Shown here one piece after another: positions 12,301-21,043 of a stretch of DNA of 64,000 nucleotides. This stretch comes from Podarcis filfolensis. Taxonomy: Eukaryota. Position numbers and translations under genes: made by a program. Below the pieces are notes generated by a model. It saw only the letters and a program-made list of their open reading frames with translations, was not told the DNA's origin and searched no databases. Position 1 is the first letter of the stretch, and every line of letters starts with the position of its first letter. The DNA is taken from NCBI GenBank assembly GCA_964270895.1, contig OZ185436.1. One strand, 5' to 3'.

Positions 12301-15300
12301 AAAAATCAGGACTTGTGAAAATCATTCAATCCATATTCAAACAATCCTTTCTTTGCTTGAGAAACATGAGATACAACATTTACTTTCTACAGTATCCAGA
12401 AAAAATATTGACCATATGAGCTCCATATAGTAAGTAAAGCTAGGAAGTGTACCATTTATTAACACAGGAAACAGCACAATACAAAAACACTCATTATGCC
12501 AGGGATAAGGAACCTGTAGCCCTCCAACAGTCGAGGTTCTCCAATCACCATCAGTCCCAGCCAGAATGGACAATGGTCAAGGATGATGGAAAATGCTAAC
12601 CAAGAGTATTTGGAGGGCCACCTGTTTCCCATTTCTGCATAACAGTAACCAAAGTTAAAACATGTGCTGTTCAAAACTTTCCATGTACACAGACATTACG
12701 CTCACCTCAGGACTGTCATAATCTCTACCATCATAATCTCTACCATCATAATCTCTGCCATCATAATCCCGACTATCGTAATCCCGGTAATCATCGTATC
12801 TGTCACTTCTGCGCTCCTCGCTAGATCTTTTATAGTCAGAATCCCGTCGACGACTTCTGGAGTCCCGCTCATCACGATCATCTCTATCTATGATAGAGCC
12901 GTATCTTCCGCTCCGTTCAGTTCTGCTCACACTACACAAAGAGTTGGTCAAGTCAGACAGCTTGAAAAATGTAATTAATCAGCAAAGCTTTTAACAGGGT
13001 CAGCAGGGTTATGCAAAAAACAATCAAATAAAGCCCCAAGTAGCCCCAGCCACACTGGGGCATCATAGTACAATGGCTTAAAAAGAGAGAGAGAGAACAC
13101 ATGGCTATACAAGTAACTCCCAAATTATGTGGGGGCTACATTCTAAGTAACTGCACCTTAAAGTGAAATCACATATGCCATATTGGCCCAAATATAAACC
13201 ACACCTGTTTTACCGTATGTCTGTTTCAGCAGAGATATCATAAAAGCCAATTTTTGTAAGGTCGCAAATTTAAGCCGCACTTAAACTTTTCATGGTTGGA
13301 AATTGGGGAAAAAGTGAGGCTTATATTCAGGCCAATACGGTATTTGAAACACCACTGAAAAAACCTGCAAACACCCCACCCCTTTTTGTATTATTTCTGG
13401 GTTCAACGCAATGCACGTGTGTGCAGTCACAAACATATCAGATGTGCCTAAAATGGTCACTGTCTGTAATTTGCATGTGATTCTCCCTTTTCATAAAGAG
13501 CTACCCAGGAATATATAAAGGTGGCCCAGGGTAATTTCAGGTACAACTTTGACTAATAAGAATTATTATGCACTTGTGACTTTATAGGGAGACATTCATT
13601 TTAAGAAATCCTAACTAATGTTAAATTGCAAAAAAATAAATAAAAAAAATCAAGTATTTTTTCCTGTGATTTTTACCTCTATAAAAAAAAATCAAATTAA
13701 TTGATGACTGACTAAATAGCTATAGAAGACAGCATGAAAATTGCACTCTCTTTTTGCATGTATATAAAAAAAGTAAATGTTGGAATTTGGCTGTTTTACA
13801 CTTAACAAATAAAAGGTTACTTCAGGATTTTAGATTTCAGAGTTACAATCCCCAAACCAATTGCTAGGTAATAAGCTTTGGGGGAGACAGGACTTAAGAA
13901 AATGTGTACAGGATTGTGCTGTAAATTACTTAAGAAGACAACACAGTTGTAGAAATGATTGCTACATTAACTGCTTTTAAAATCTCAATAGCATTTCACT
14001 GGAAAACAAATTCCCTACCTGCCTTTTGGGATTTGTTTTTATAGTATTTAGGACACAGCTAGAATGCTAAAAAATTACTTAATATGCATTTTACTTAACA
14101 TTTGTAAAGACAAAAAATAAGAAATCTATTTGTTAAAAAATGAACTCCAAAATCGTTAGCTTTCAGGGATGATTTAAATTTACAGGGATATATGTCCTTA
14201 TTTACTGTTTACACTGGTGTGGTAAAATATACAAATAGTTGGGTCCTAAGTATTGTACACTCTCTTGCTCAGGTTCTTGTAACTAACGTATTAGCTAATT
14301 TTTAGTTGTGTTAGTGTTGTGTATTTCTTTAATATGTTAAATACACAACTGTTTTTCTATGTTAATACATGCACAAAAGTGGTTCAAGTGCTTTATAAAA
14401 AACTTTTATTTATTAAACACATTTTTACTCTTCCTTTCCATCAAAACAATCAAAGCATCTTTTATTACTTTACCTGTGTAAAGTGAACACATACAGGGAA
14501 AGCATCAACACACAAGGACATTTGGCGAAAGGGGTTGTGCGTTTAGGACCAGACTCAAAGATTACAGGTCCTCCCATCATCTTGTGACATATACTCTGCA
14601 GCAGGGATTGTATTCTAGGTTGCTTGGTTGCAGATTGAAAGCTAAGAACTTCAAGGTAGCTTTCTCTGAAATGCTACATATTCGATGTGCTAGACAGGCA
14701 CAGGTGATTAATCTCAATGCATGGATAAGACAAGTGATGACAATAGGAGGGATTTAGATTTTTTTAGGCACTAGGGCAAGGGTCAGCAACCTAAGGCCCA
14801 TGGGCCGGAAGCCCATGAAGCGGCCCATGGAGGTCGTTTGACCGGTCCATGGGCTGCCCCCGAACCGAGTTGCCCACCCACGCACTAAACTACCACAGTG
14901 CGGTGACTCGCTTCCACGGCGCTGAAAATCGCAGGGGGGCGCGTTCATGCGCACCCACAATCCAACCCATGGAGGGATCTCCACGGGACTGATCCAGCCC
15001 AGGCAAGATAAACCTTGCTGACCCCTGCACTAAGGGACAAAAGAAAGTGTTTCTCCACAGGAGGCAGTGATTACCAACTGGGATGGCTTTAAAAAAGGAT
15101 CAGCATAAATTCATAGGGCAGTGTGCTTTTTTCCATCCCTCACTGTCCATTTGCATTTCTTTTTGCCAAGTTTGTGTTCCTTTTTGTTCTGATTTGGATA
15201 GGACTTCTACTTATTTAAAGAAACCTTACTCCATATAATTATTTGACTTTGCTCATTAATTACATTGGCTTGGTGGTACCCATTCTCACCTGTAATTTAG

Positions 15301-16827
15301 CTGAGCTTTTATTATTATAGTTTTGAACAACCCCCCAACCATTGTGAAGTTTCTTCTTTTGAAGTCAAGTGTGACTATCTTGGCAATTGTTCACTTACAT
15401 GTATGTTCAATTTGAAAGCATTATGGTCACTGTTTGTAGTCAATTCAATAACATTTACAAGTCACAAAAGGTGCTGGATGCCAAAGATCAAGTAGAGGGG
15501 TCACCACCCTTCTGTTCTTTTCCATGGCCAACTGTTCAAGGGCACTGTCATTTAGAGTAACTAGAAATTTTACTTCTTTGTTGTGAATGGATCTAGTGGT
15601 GAGCAGTGAGGCGACCAAGTTTGCTGATCCCACCAAATCATTCAAGGTGTTAAGAACAAAAAGTATTGCAAGGTGCTCCAAAAGGATCCATCCAAAATGG
15701 GTAAATGGCTATTAAAATGGAAAATGCAATTCAACATAATCAAGTGTAAAATAAAGCACATTGGGGCAAAAAATATCCCAACTTCACATGTGTTTATATA
15801 GGATCCGAACAGGTAGAATAGTTTGATGAAAATGTGTGTTGTGCAGCAGCGGTGAAAATGCTGACTTTCATATTAAGGCTCATTAGGAAAGTCACTGAAA
15901 ATAAAACTATTAATATCATAATATGGTTATACGAATCTTTGGTTTGACCATACACAGAATATGGAGTACAATTATGGCTTCTGTTCCTAAAAAGGTTGTA
16001 GAGCTGAAAAAGGGAGATTGAACATGATCATGGGGATGAAACAACCCCCTATGAGGAAAGGTTTCAACATGTGGGGCCTTTTAAATTTAAAAAGGGAAAG
16101 TAAGGGAGGATCTGATAAAGGCGTACCAAATTATGAATGATGTGCAGAAGGGGGATAGAGAAAAGCATTTCTCACAGTACTTGGGAACATTCAGTGAAAC
16201 TGAATGTGGGAAAATTCTGGACAACAAAAAATGTTTTCCCCACAGCATTTAAAACTATGGAATTCATTCCTACAAGATCTAATAAGGGCTATCTTGGAAG
16301 GCTTTAAAAAAAGATTTAAACAAATTTATGACACTGGAAGCAATATGCCTCTGAATACCAGTTGCCAAAGATCGTATGTGGGCAGAGTGCTGCTAAAACC
16401 AAGTGCTGCTTGCAAGCTACCACAGGCATTTTGCTGGCTACTGTAAAAACAAGATGCTGAACAAGATGGATATTTGGTGTGATCCAACGAGGTGCATGCA
16501 AGCTTCCTACACAATTTAGAACCCTGACTGTCCAGGTTTTTTATACTGTAGAGCAAATAGGCACTCTGCTTCAAAAAGGCAGAAGCAGGGGCTATTCAAC
16601 TTGGAGCAGGGCTAAACAAGTGACCATGCAGCCGCCCTGGCCACACATGCTCCCATCATGCAAGTAACGCCTGAAGATTGCTAAAGAGATACATTCATAT
16701 ACCACAGATCTGGAACACATCAGGGGAAAGTGTTTTTCATATTTCATCAATCTACATCTCTGAAATTGCAGCCACAATTATGTAATACTTCAATGTTTGC
16801 TTTTGCCTACCGTTTGTCAGAACCCAT
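282..16827 (-). CDS. RBM5: RBM5 spliced CDS (RNA-binding motif protein 5 / LUCA-15), exons 2-22; 3' end runs off the window
   Basis: Spliced exons give [18 protein letters not shown]..., RRM1, RanBP2 ZnF ([21 protein letters not shown]), RRM2 ([10 protein letters not shown]), OCRE ([22 protein letters not shown]) and C2H2 ZnF ([24 protein letters not shown]). Intron phases are consistent once a 74-nt exon 6 is assumed in the N gap. Confidence 0.98.
989..1168 (-). CDS. RBM5: RBM5 exon 21 (C2H2 zinc finger)
   Basis: 180 nt, [15 protein letters not shown]...HQQLSDLHK, ccag|CGT...AAG|gtaatc. Confidence 0.97.
1843..1917 (-). CDS. RBM5: RBM5 exon 20 ([25 protein letters not shown])
   Basis: 75 nt, ttcag|GGT...AAA|gtgagt. 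Confidence 0.93.
1996..2142 (-). CDS. RBM5: RBM5 exon 19 ([16 protein letters not shown]...FALFEKK)
   Basis: 147 nt, tttag|ATT...AAG|gtaacg. Confidence 0.97.
2618..2779 (-). CDS. RBM5: RBM5 exon 18 (OCRE C-terminal part, [14 protein letters not shown])
   Basis: 162 nt, cctcag|TAC...CAG|gtgatg. Confidence 0.97.
3022..3098 (-). mobile_element. Penelope-like pLTR fragment with a degenerate hammerhead motif (RBM5 intron 17)
   Basis: Same family as 19094; minus strand reads CUGAAGA-A-GUGUGCAGGCACAU-GAAA-GC-UC-AUACC. Confidence 0.7.
3376..3467 (-). CDS. RBM5: RBM5 exon 17 (OCRE N-terminal part)
   Basis: 92 nt, [30 protein letters not shown], ttcag|CT...CAG|gtaaac. Confidence 0.97.
3930..4008 (-). 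CDS. RBM5: RBM5 exon 16 ([26 protein letters not shown])
   Basis: 79 nt, C11-atag|ACT...TATG|gtaagc. Confidence 0.94.
4383..4471 (-). CDS. RBM5: RBM5 exon 15 ([29 protein letters not shown])
   Basis: 89 nt, gccag|GT...CCG|gtaaat. Confidence 0.94.
4546..4681. mobile_element. hAT MITE, 136 bp, palindromic
   Basis: TIR caggcatggccaaacttggccctcca; 8-bp TSD aactagag on both sides. Confidence 0.9.
4852..4924 (-). CDS. RBM5: RBM5 exon 14 ([24 protein letters not shown])
   Basis: 73 nt, catag|TGT...TCAG|gtaaca. Confidence 0.94.
5811..5888 (-). CDS. RBM5: RBM5 exon 13 ([26 protein letters not shown])
   Basis: 78 nt, tatag|CCT...CAG|gtacgt. Confidence 0.94.
6022..6109 (-). CDS. RBM5: RBM5 exon 12 ([29 protein letters not shown])
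   Basis: 88 nt, tttag|G...CAG|gtaggg. Confidence 0.96.
6304..6401 (-). CDS. RBM5: RBM5 exon 11 (RRM2 C-terminal part)
   Basis: 98 nt, [32 protein letters not shown], tctag|GAT...AA|gtgagt. Confidence 0.97.
6824..6984 (-). CDS. RBM5: RBM5 exon 10 (RRM2 N-terminal part)
   Basis: 161 nt, [12 protein letters not shown]...[13 protein letters not shown], cctag|CT...ATG|gtgaga. Confidence 0.97.
8097..8162 (-). CDS. RBM5: RBM5 exon 9 ([21 protein letters not shown])
   Basis: 66 nt, taaag|AT...GATA|gtgagt. Confidence 0.95.
8317..8377 (-). CDS. RBM5: RBM5 exon 8 (RanBP2 Zn[21 protein letters not shown])
   Basis: 61 nt, gttag|TGC...TTTG|gtaagt. Confidence 0.96.
9186..9269 (-). CDS. RBM5: RBM5 exon 7 ([28 protein letters not shown])
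   Basis: 84 nt, tgcag|AAA...AAG|gtaaag. Confidence 0.96.
11337..11476. other. Assembly gap (140 N), inferred to contain RBM5 exon 6
   Basis: N run seen directly. Exon 5 ends in phase 1 and exon 7 starts in phase 0. The RRM1 RNP1 exon (RGFAFVEF..MEANQ) was not found anywhere else in 9270-11868. Confidence 0.9.
11869..11938 (-). CDS. RBM5: RBM5 exon 5 ([23 protein letters not shown])
   Basis: 70 nt, tacag|ATT...ACAG|gtgaga. Confidence 0.96.
12082..12243 (-). CDS. RBM5: RBM5 exon 4 ([15 protein letters not shown]...[15 protein letters not shown])
   Basis: 162 nt, ggcag|CGA...GAT|gtaagt. Confidence 0.96.
12706..12931 (-). CDS. RBM5: RBM5 exon 3 (RD/RS-rich, with RDYDx repeats)
   Basis: 226 nt, tgtag|T GTG AGC AGA...CCT GAG|gtgagc. 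Confidence 0.96.
12716..12790 (-). repeat. Coding 15-bp tandem repeat, about 5 units ([10 protein letters not shown])
   Basis: Plus-strand units tcataatctctacca x2, tcataatctctgcca, tcataatcccgacta, tcgtaatcccggtaa. Confidence 0.95.
13213..13340. mobile_element. Degenerate Tc1/pogo MITE
   Basis: ta-ccgta...tacgg-ta ends. Confidence 0.55.
14777..15027. mobile_element. hAT MITE, 251 bp
   Basis: TIR caagggtcagcaa / ttgctgacccctg; TSD cactaggg / cactaagg. Confidence 0.85.
15460..16490 (+). mobile_element. CR1 LINE 3' fragment (decayed RT C-terminal part)
   Basis: Remnants resembling SSEVAKFADDTKLF and [17 protein letters not shown], then a CR1-like 3' UTR. Confidence 0.8.
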
Positions 16828-16866
16828 GGCTTGCCTTCAGTTCCTGCTTCTAGTGAATTGAGTTGT
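16811..16866 (-). CDS. RBM5: RBM5 exon 2 (39 nt 5'UTR, then ATG at 16827: MGSDKR)
   Basis: aaatag|ACAACT...GCC ATG GGT TCT GAC AAA CG|gtaggc; CG plus T of exon 3 gives Arg. Confidence 0.95.
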
Positions 16867-17219
16867 CTATTTAGGAGAAGAAGAAAAAAACAATCAACGC
16901 AGACACCGAACCGATCATTTTTAAAGCATAGTGCAGAAATGCAAGGCTCCAAAGTAAAGCCTACAAAAACCTGGTCAGGCACCTTAGTAATGAATGCCCC
17001 TCCAACAGCGTACTTTGAACTAAAAAATGGCTTTCAGTACCCTCGCTCCTAATGCTATGTCTGCAGCAAAGAAGAAAAACAGTAACAAGATACTCAGGGA
17101 ATCGCTGTAAAAGGGTTATCTGCAGAGGTGTTAAAAGACATACTTAGATATTCACAAAAAGTGCCTCTTAAGGTACGCTTATGTTGGGAAGGAATAGAGA
17201 AGTGAGAAGCGGAATGGCC

Positions 17220-18960
17220 ACGCTGGCCTTGGTTAAATTAAACCAGAAGTATCCTTTCTACAACGGGTGCCTCACGCTGGGCATTGCAAGAGACTGACTG
17301 ACAGGGCGGCGTTTAATGGTGGCCGATATTCCGCAGCAGACAGAGAGAGAGAGAAACGCAGGAGGCAACCACACCTGCGGCGACCAACAATAGGGACCAC
17401 AATAGCAATTATGCGGAGTTCGCCACAAACGCAATGAAGGGGAGGGGGCGACTCGGAGGAAGGGACGGAAAGGCATTTAAAAAGACACCTAAAACTGAAG
17501 CTCCTTCCCACCGAAGAAGCATTTCCTAAGCCTTCCCCTGCTTCAGAAAGCGGACGGTTGGCACTCCAAACCGCCGCGCCCACCTCCGCGCCCCCCCCCA
17601 AACCGGGCTCCCTATGGCGCCTCTTCTCTCTCTCGCTCGCTCTTTGGCGCCTCTGAAGCTGTAGGAGGCTCCAGTTACGGCTTAAAAGTCTTATGAAGAG
17701 CAAAAAAAAAAAAAAAATCTAATTCATTATTCCCAAGTCAGACTAAGGACTCTTCCCGAGTTCTTCTCTACTGACTATATAGCCGTCTCCGCATCGGAAA
17801 CCCGATTTTCGGTACCTACCGGGGAGGGGAAATGGGCCAAGGGCCGCCTCTGCCACCGCAACAGCTACAGCAGTAGCCACACCAGCTTCTGTCAAACACC
17901 ACAAAATGGCGCTGAAGGGGAGCTCGCCGTCTTCTACCCACAATCCCTCGCGCTCCCCGCCTCCTCGCTCCTCCTCCTGGAAGCTTCCAGCGAGCCGCGA
18001 GCTCGAGAGGCAGCCTTGAGCTCCGCGCGGCCTGCTGGGTAGCGTCGGTGTGCTGGAGCCCAACCTTCGTTTATTGCGTTTCGCGGGGTGGGGGAGGGAG
18101 GGCGAAGAGCGGGATTGTGCCCAAAAATGTTCGTGATGGGACATCAGAGATGCGAAGCTAGACCCACCGCGGCGAGCTTGTCGCTCCCAAGTAGACCCAT
18201 GACTCAAGCATCTCCCGGGGTTTCCTCCCCGCCGGCCACGGAGCCTGCTTTGTGCAAAAGTGATGTGCAGTGACTGCAAAGATCCCGCTGGGCAGACAAC
18301 CATTTTGTGAAATTTACATCGCCGGCAATCACGGCCATTTCATAAAGCCGGCGAGCTAAACAGAAGTCTGGAGCGTGTGAATACACCATGATGATGTTTA
18401 ATTTTTTAAAAATAATAATAATGGCGAAATGATATTAAGTAGGCTTTCTAACACACGCCTTAATGGTACATCGCAATTCACATGCAGTCTATAGAAAAGC
18501 CTTTTCTGCAGAATTACCACGTTCTGGAGAAACACGCGAAGCACGTAATGGGTGCGATCCTGTGCGCATTTACTTGGTATTATGTCTCCTTGGGCACAGT
18601 GAGGCTTACTGTTGAGGAAGCATATACTGTACACAGGAATGGGGAAACGTCTCGCCCGTCGCTCAACTGAGTCTTTGTAGCCGGCGCCGCCCCTCCGTCT
18701 CCAGACGCGCCTAGTCAAGGCGGATTCTGGTCTTATTTTTGGCCCTATTGCAAATACATAAACGGGCCTTACAGGTAGGACAGGGAAACAAAAGGCTTGC
18801 CGCTTGTTTACTCACCGTATGAAATGGCGGGGAAGATGGTCTCCACATAAGGGGCGAGCGAGAAAGCGATCTCCCAATTTTACCCCCCCCCCCCGAATTC
18901 TAACCCTCCCAAAATGGCTGGCGCGGGTGGGATGCCTCTCAATACCAAAATATCCCTCAA
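17220..18960. promoter_or_regulatory. CpG-island promoter of RBM5 with a cluster of YY1-like motifs
   Basis: High GC and CpG density relative to the flanks. AAATGGC/GCCATTT motifs at 17903, 18334, 18822 and 18911. Confidence 0.85.
17820..17960 (-). other. RBM5: RBM5 non-coding exon 1 (5' end approximate)
   Basis: Donor CCG|gtaggt at 17820/17819 inside a CpG island; YY1-type CGCCATTTT at 17903-17911; no ATG in the exon. Confidence 0.7.
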
Positions 18961-19093
18961 CAGCCACTTTCAGGAGCGACACCTTGCACTGCAGAATGAC
19001 TCCACCTGTAGAAATAAGAGTTCAGCCAAAAGGGTGAATTTCCAAAAATAAGCTTTGAGCTACTATTTATAAAGGACTAATGCTTAGGGAACT

Positions 19094-19292
19094 AGTAGCA
19101 CCTTAAAGACCAACTAAGTTAGTTCTTGGTATGAGCTTTCGTGTGCATGCACACTTCGTCAGATACGTGTGCATGCACACGAAAGCTCATACCAAGAACT
19201 AACTTAGTTGGTCTTTAAGGTGCTACTGGAAAGAAAAAAATTTTTTTGTTTTGACTATGGCAGACCAACACGGCTACCTATCTGTAACTGGA
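19094..19292 (+). mobile_element. Penelope-like element 3' fragment with inverted 5' duplication and 12-bp TSD
   Basis: Perfect inverted arms at 19094-19154 and 19167-19227. Direct repeat gcttagggaact at 19082-19093 and 19293-19304. Sequence matches the squamate PLE pLTR type (gaaagctcatacc...ggtgctactgga). Confidence 0.8.
19129..19166 (-). ncRNA. Minimal type I hammerhead ribozyme motif (Penelope pLTR type)
   Basis: GUAU-CUGACGA-A-GUGUGCAUGCACAC-GAAA-GC-UC^AUAC: intact core, stem II, palindromic AGCU stem III and 4-bp stem I. Confidence 0.65.
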
Positions 19293-20794
19293 GCTTAGGG
19301 AACTGCAAGTGAAACCTGCAGCAACATTTTGTCGTGTGTAGCGATCGTCCTGTTCCTGGTTTCAGCTAGCCCTGACCTTCTCTAATAGATGTGGCCACAA
19401 TGGGTTGCTTCCTGGCTGCCATACCTTTGGGGTTTCTTTCTTAAATACGTTTTGTATTTTTGCAAATCCCAGGATTCCCCCAAAGCCTGCCTCCTGTGTG
19501 TGATGGATGGTGTTGTCTTAGCTGCATAAGGACACACACACTGAGAATGTGTCATTTTTGGTATTTAGGAAGGTTGTTTGAAATTCAAATTATCAACTAA
19601 AAGGGGGGGGGGAAGCTTTATGGTTTCTGTACAAACTGAAAGCATTGTTAGCTAAATGTGCAACCAAGCACATTTGTTGGGAAAGCATCCTAAGCTTGTT
19701 TATGCAGAAGTTTGCTCCAGTGAGAACACTAGCACTGAGCTCCAAGCAGAACTGGATGTGACTTGGGACCTGTGGATGTAACAACAGGGAGGAAAATATG
19801 ACTAGAACTGCAGCACCTCAGGAGTTCAGCCACTCCCCATCATTTTTTCAGATTACAATCTCTCACCTGCATACCCTTATTTGGGCTCTGAAGTAAGACT
19901 GGTATCATACTGATGCATATATACGTTTCCCCAGCAGGGATACAGTAGTGGGTGTGGAGGCTGTAAACAGGAAAATTGTGGCCTAAAATGGTTTGTGTAT
20001 TTCTATTGCCAAACATTTGAATTTGCACATTGTTTAAATGCACCCCAGGTTAGTAAGAATTAAACCCTTTGCCCAAAAGGAGGCATTTGTTGTAAAAGCA
20101 TAGGTTAAGAGGATATTGATATTGCCCACTCATCAAATGGGCGAAAAAAATACTAGGTTCTCATAATATTGTAGCATACTACAGGCTGGAATCCTATACA
20201 TATTTACCCAAGATTAAATCCCATTGAACACTGTGTGACTTGCTTCTGAGCAGCTATGCTTAGGGTTGCACTGCCTATGGCTAAAACCAGCAGCATACCC
20301 AACTGGTGATCAACTATGATTCTTCTCTTCAGCTTAATGCTAAAATACCATGTAGCTAGAACAGCTAGGAAACTTACAGTGCTTCATAAATAGATGGGCT
20401 GCAGTAAGTATTAGGAGGCTGCAATGTGGAGCTTGGTAATTTTATATAATATCTGTATCCATCTATAATTGCTTTATTGTTTTGGCAATTAATCTTATGC
20501 AATTGCTATTATTTTCTTTATACATTGTGCTGTATCAATTATTTTGGTAACATTGCACTGCTTTCGATTTCCCTTTCTGTTCTTATGAAGTCATTTATTA
20601 CTTCTTTAATATTTCTATATTGTTCACTGTATATCAATGATCTTATTTTCTTTCACTTTATGAAAGAATTAGGCTATTATATAACAATGTACTATCATTT
20701 GAAAGGCGTTTAAACAGAAACTATTTCTCTGGTAAGATTCAGTTCAAAAATCTGTAAAGAGGGAAAGAAGAGACCAAACATTGACTTTTTTTGT

Positions 20795-20800
20795 TTTATT
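20795..20800 (-). terminator. RBM6 polyadenylation signal AATAAA
   Basis: About 120 nt after the stop codon, followed by a U/GU-rich tract (tgtttggtctcttctttc). Confidence 0.8.
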
Positions 20801-20917
20801 CCAAAAACAAAAACACACTTCAGCAGCAAAAAAACATTGATTCAAAAAACAAGACAGACACAAAGAAGGGCCGGAGGGTATGGGGTGTGTTGGGTATGGT
20901 GGGATGTCTTTCCAGGT

Positions 20918-21043
20918 TCATTCAAGTTCCTTGTAGCGGGCAAACATGACTCGCCGCACAGCATCTCGGTATGTTTCATTAGATTGCCTTCTGCTGGGCC
21001 TCCCTTGGGTCCCTAATCCTGCTCCCCTCTTTCGACTTTCAGC
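20918..21043 (-). CDS. RBM6: RBM6 exon 21 CDS ([11 protein letters not shown]...FARYKELE*)
   Basis: tccag|GCT...GAA TGA. Confidence 0.96.
   Translation of the reverse strand, partial: AESRKRGAGLGTQGRPSRRQSNETYRDAVRRVMFARYKELE

Noticed and set aside
12664-12978. Plus-strand ORF with IISTI repeats
   Set aside because: It is the antisense mirror of the RBM5 exon 3 coding repeat.
17743-18303. 186-aa ORF across the RBM5 promoter
   Set aside because: This is the stop-poor pattern expected in a CpG island; it crosses the exon 1 donor and has no protein signature.
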